A DNA stretch of 63,716 nt, the filler included, from Rhabdomonas costata (lineage: Eukaryota): assembly GCA_019059605.1 (NCBI GenBank). It is 36 parts of 36 records of this genome, joined end to end, with 100 filler letters (N's around TTAATTAATTAA, not from the genome) between each part and the next. Parts side by side here need not be neighbours in the genome. Positions count along the whole stretch, not along the records: positions 62,044 to 63,716 come from JAHMHO010010945.1; 35 more parts are not named here. One strand, given 5' to 3'. The translations under genes were made by a program, and so were the position numbers. The notes below the pieces were generated by a model. That model saw only the letters and a program-made list of their open reading frames with translations. It was not told where the DNA came from and ran no database searches. Shown here in pieces: positions 62,483 through 63,716 of this stretch (position 1 is its first letter; the number at the start of each line of letters is the position of its first letter).

Positions 62483-63631
62483 TTCCTGAATCCTAGGGTC
62501 GCTGGCGTCGAAAGGAATGTTCTTCACGGCCATAAGCTCCCCAGTGTCCTCGTTCAGGGCAATGTATACTCGCCCAAAACCACCGGAGCCGATCTGAGCT
62601 CCTGAGAGGATGGGAAAAGGAGTGCACTTTGATTGTGTGGGTGAAAAAAGCGCCAGCGGAAAACGCAGCACAGTGCACGGGTTGTTACGGCCATTCTCCT
62701 CGGCGAATCATCTGGACAGTGCTGAGAAGAGTTGTACGAGCAAGGAGAAAGTGCGGATAGAGGAGGGAAAAGCCCCCCAACACTTCACCATCTGGTCAAA
62801 CAACAATCGTTGAAAGCAGCTTGGAACAATCTTCCTAAATAACTGCTGTTCTGTTCGTTGCTGTACCGGGGACAAGTCCTCAAGCTCACTCGAGAGGACT
62901 TGCTTTGCTGCCCATGTTATCCTATCCATTTTTCATATCTCGCCACAAGCTTTGGGAAAGGACATGTCGGACCGCAACTACGTCCTCAAGACTTCATATA
63001 AAGAGAGTGATATTTCGGCCCTCCAGCAGATTTCAAATCTTCTATCGATGACTTCTCGCTTCTCGAGGTGAAGATCGCCCCTAGTGCTGGATGGAGGTTC
63101 TTGGAAAACCCTAATGGCGAATATGGGCCATTCTCCACAACAAGCGAACAGCTGCCGTGGAGTTCTCACGGGAGCGCTCATAATGTCGGGCTGAGGGTAT
63201 AGTGACCAAGAGTATGACATTCGAAGCAGGAGGCACATGTTCACCTCTCTTGAACCGCATCTTCTCTCCTGACTTCGGCTCGCGGCCCTTGCCCCCCTCG
63301 AAGACGGAGTTCCTTCGGGCAAACTCAGACTTTGCGTCCCGGGAGCTTCGGCTGTAGGCCTGTGCAGCGGCACATACACCCACACCCACATGGAGAAAGA
63401 GACGAACAAGCGCGAGTGGTGCAAAACACACTAAAAAAACGTACGAGCAGTCGCATCACACCACATCAAGGACCTAGTTGTGTCGAGATAAGGCGACAAG
63501 GAGAGGGGTACGTCCACAGGGCAAACCGCTGCATTGAGGGGGCGGGGGCAAATATGGGGACCTCGTAGGCGCTAAATCGGCGGTTGCGGAGGCGATCTGC
63601 ATCGGATATCGATGCCATGGGCATCAAAGAC
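62483..63631 (-). CDS. MAP kinase kinase kinase (STE11/NPK1-like), three exons
   Basis: Exons 63631-63562, 63359-63245 and 62601-62483 join in phase: MRFKRG|AQIGSGGFGRVYIALNEDTGELMAVKNI. Confidence 0.9.
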
Positions 63632-63716
63632 CTGTAAAGGCCAGTACCCCCCTCGTGCAGACGAAGCCACCGCAGAATGCACAAAAACGTAAACATGTGT
63701 TCTGGCACACAAACAA

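Overview
This window is not one locus. It is an artificial concatenation of 36 unrelated contigs of about 1.67 kb, joined by 100-nt spacers (N44-TTAATTAATTAA-N44), so neighbouring contigs are not physically linked. Most contigs are intron-rich nuclear DNA of a flagellated protist. A euglenid is my best inference, from a nuclear intron-bearing NDUFS2/nad7, receptor-cyclase-like periplasmic-binding domains and pyrimidine tracts before start codons. Most ORF-track entries are spurious; I rebuilt genes by hand from phase-compatible exons. Recognisable fragments include an Amt transporter, an LRR protein, copper nitrite reductase (nirK), a tandem periplasmic-binding-domain protein, a group II PLP decarboxylase, NOL10, a SIR2-like protein, hemerythrin, TM9SF, a Cys-rich surface protein, SWIRM, SPATA17-like, kinesin, archease, two kinases, NDUFS2, RIIa-like, PIH1/CS-like, Sushi and TPR. 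One AT-rich contig is a Polinton/Maverick-type element (protein-primed PolB plus integrase). The best leads are the spliced nirK and hemerythrin (possible low-oxygen nitrogen-oxide metabolism), a spliced gene of the bacterial-immunity SIR2 type, the Polinton, and frequent GC-AG introns. No rRNA, tRNA or CRISPR array was seen, and no complete novel multi-gene system can be shown from fragments this short.
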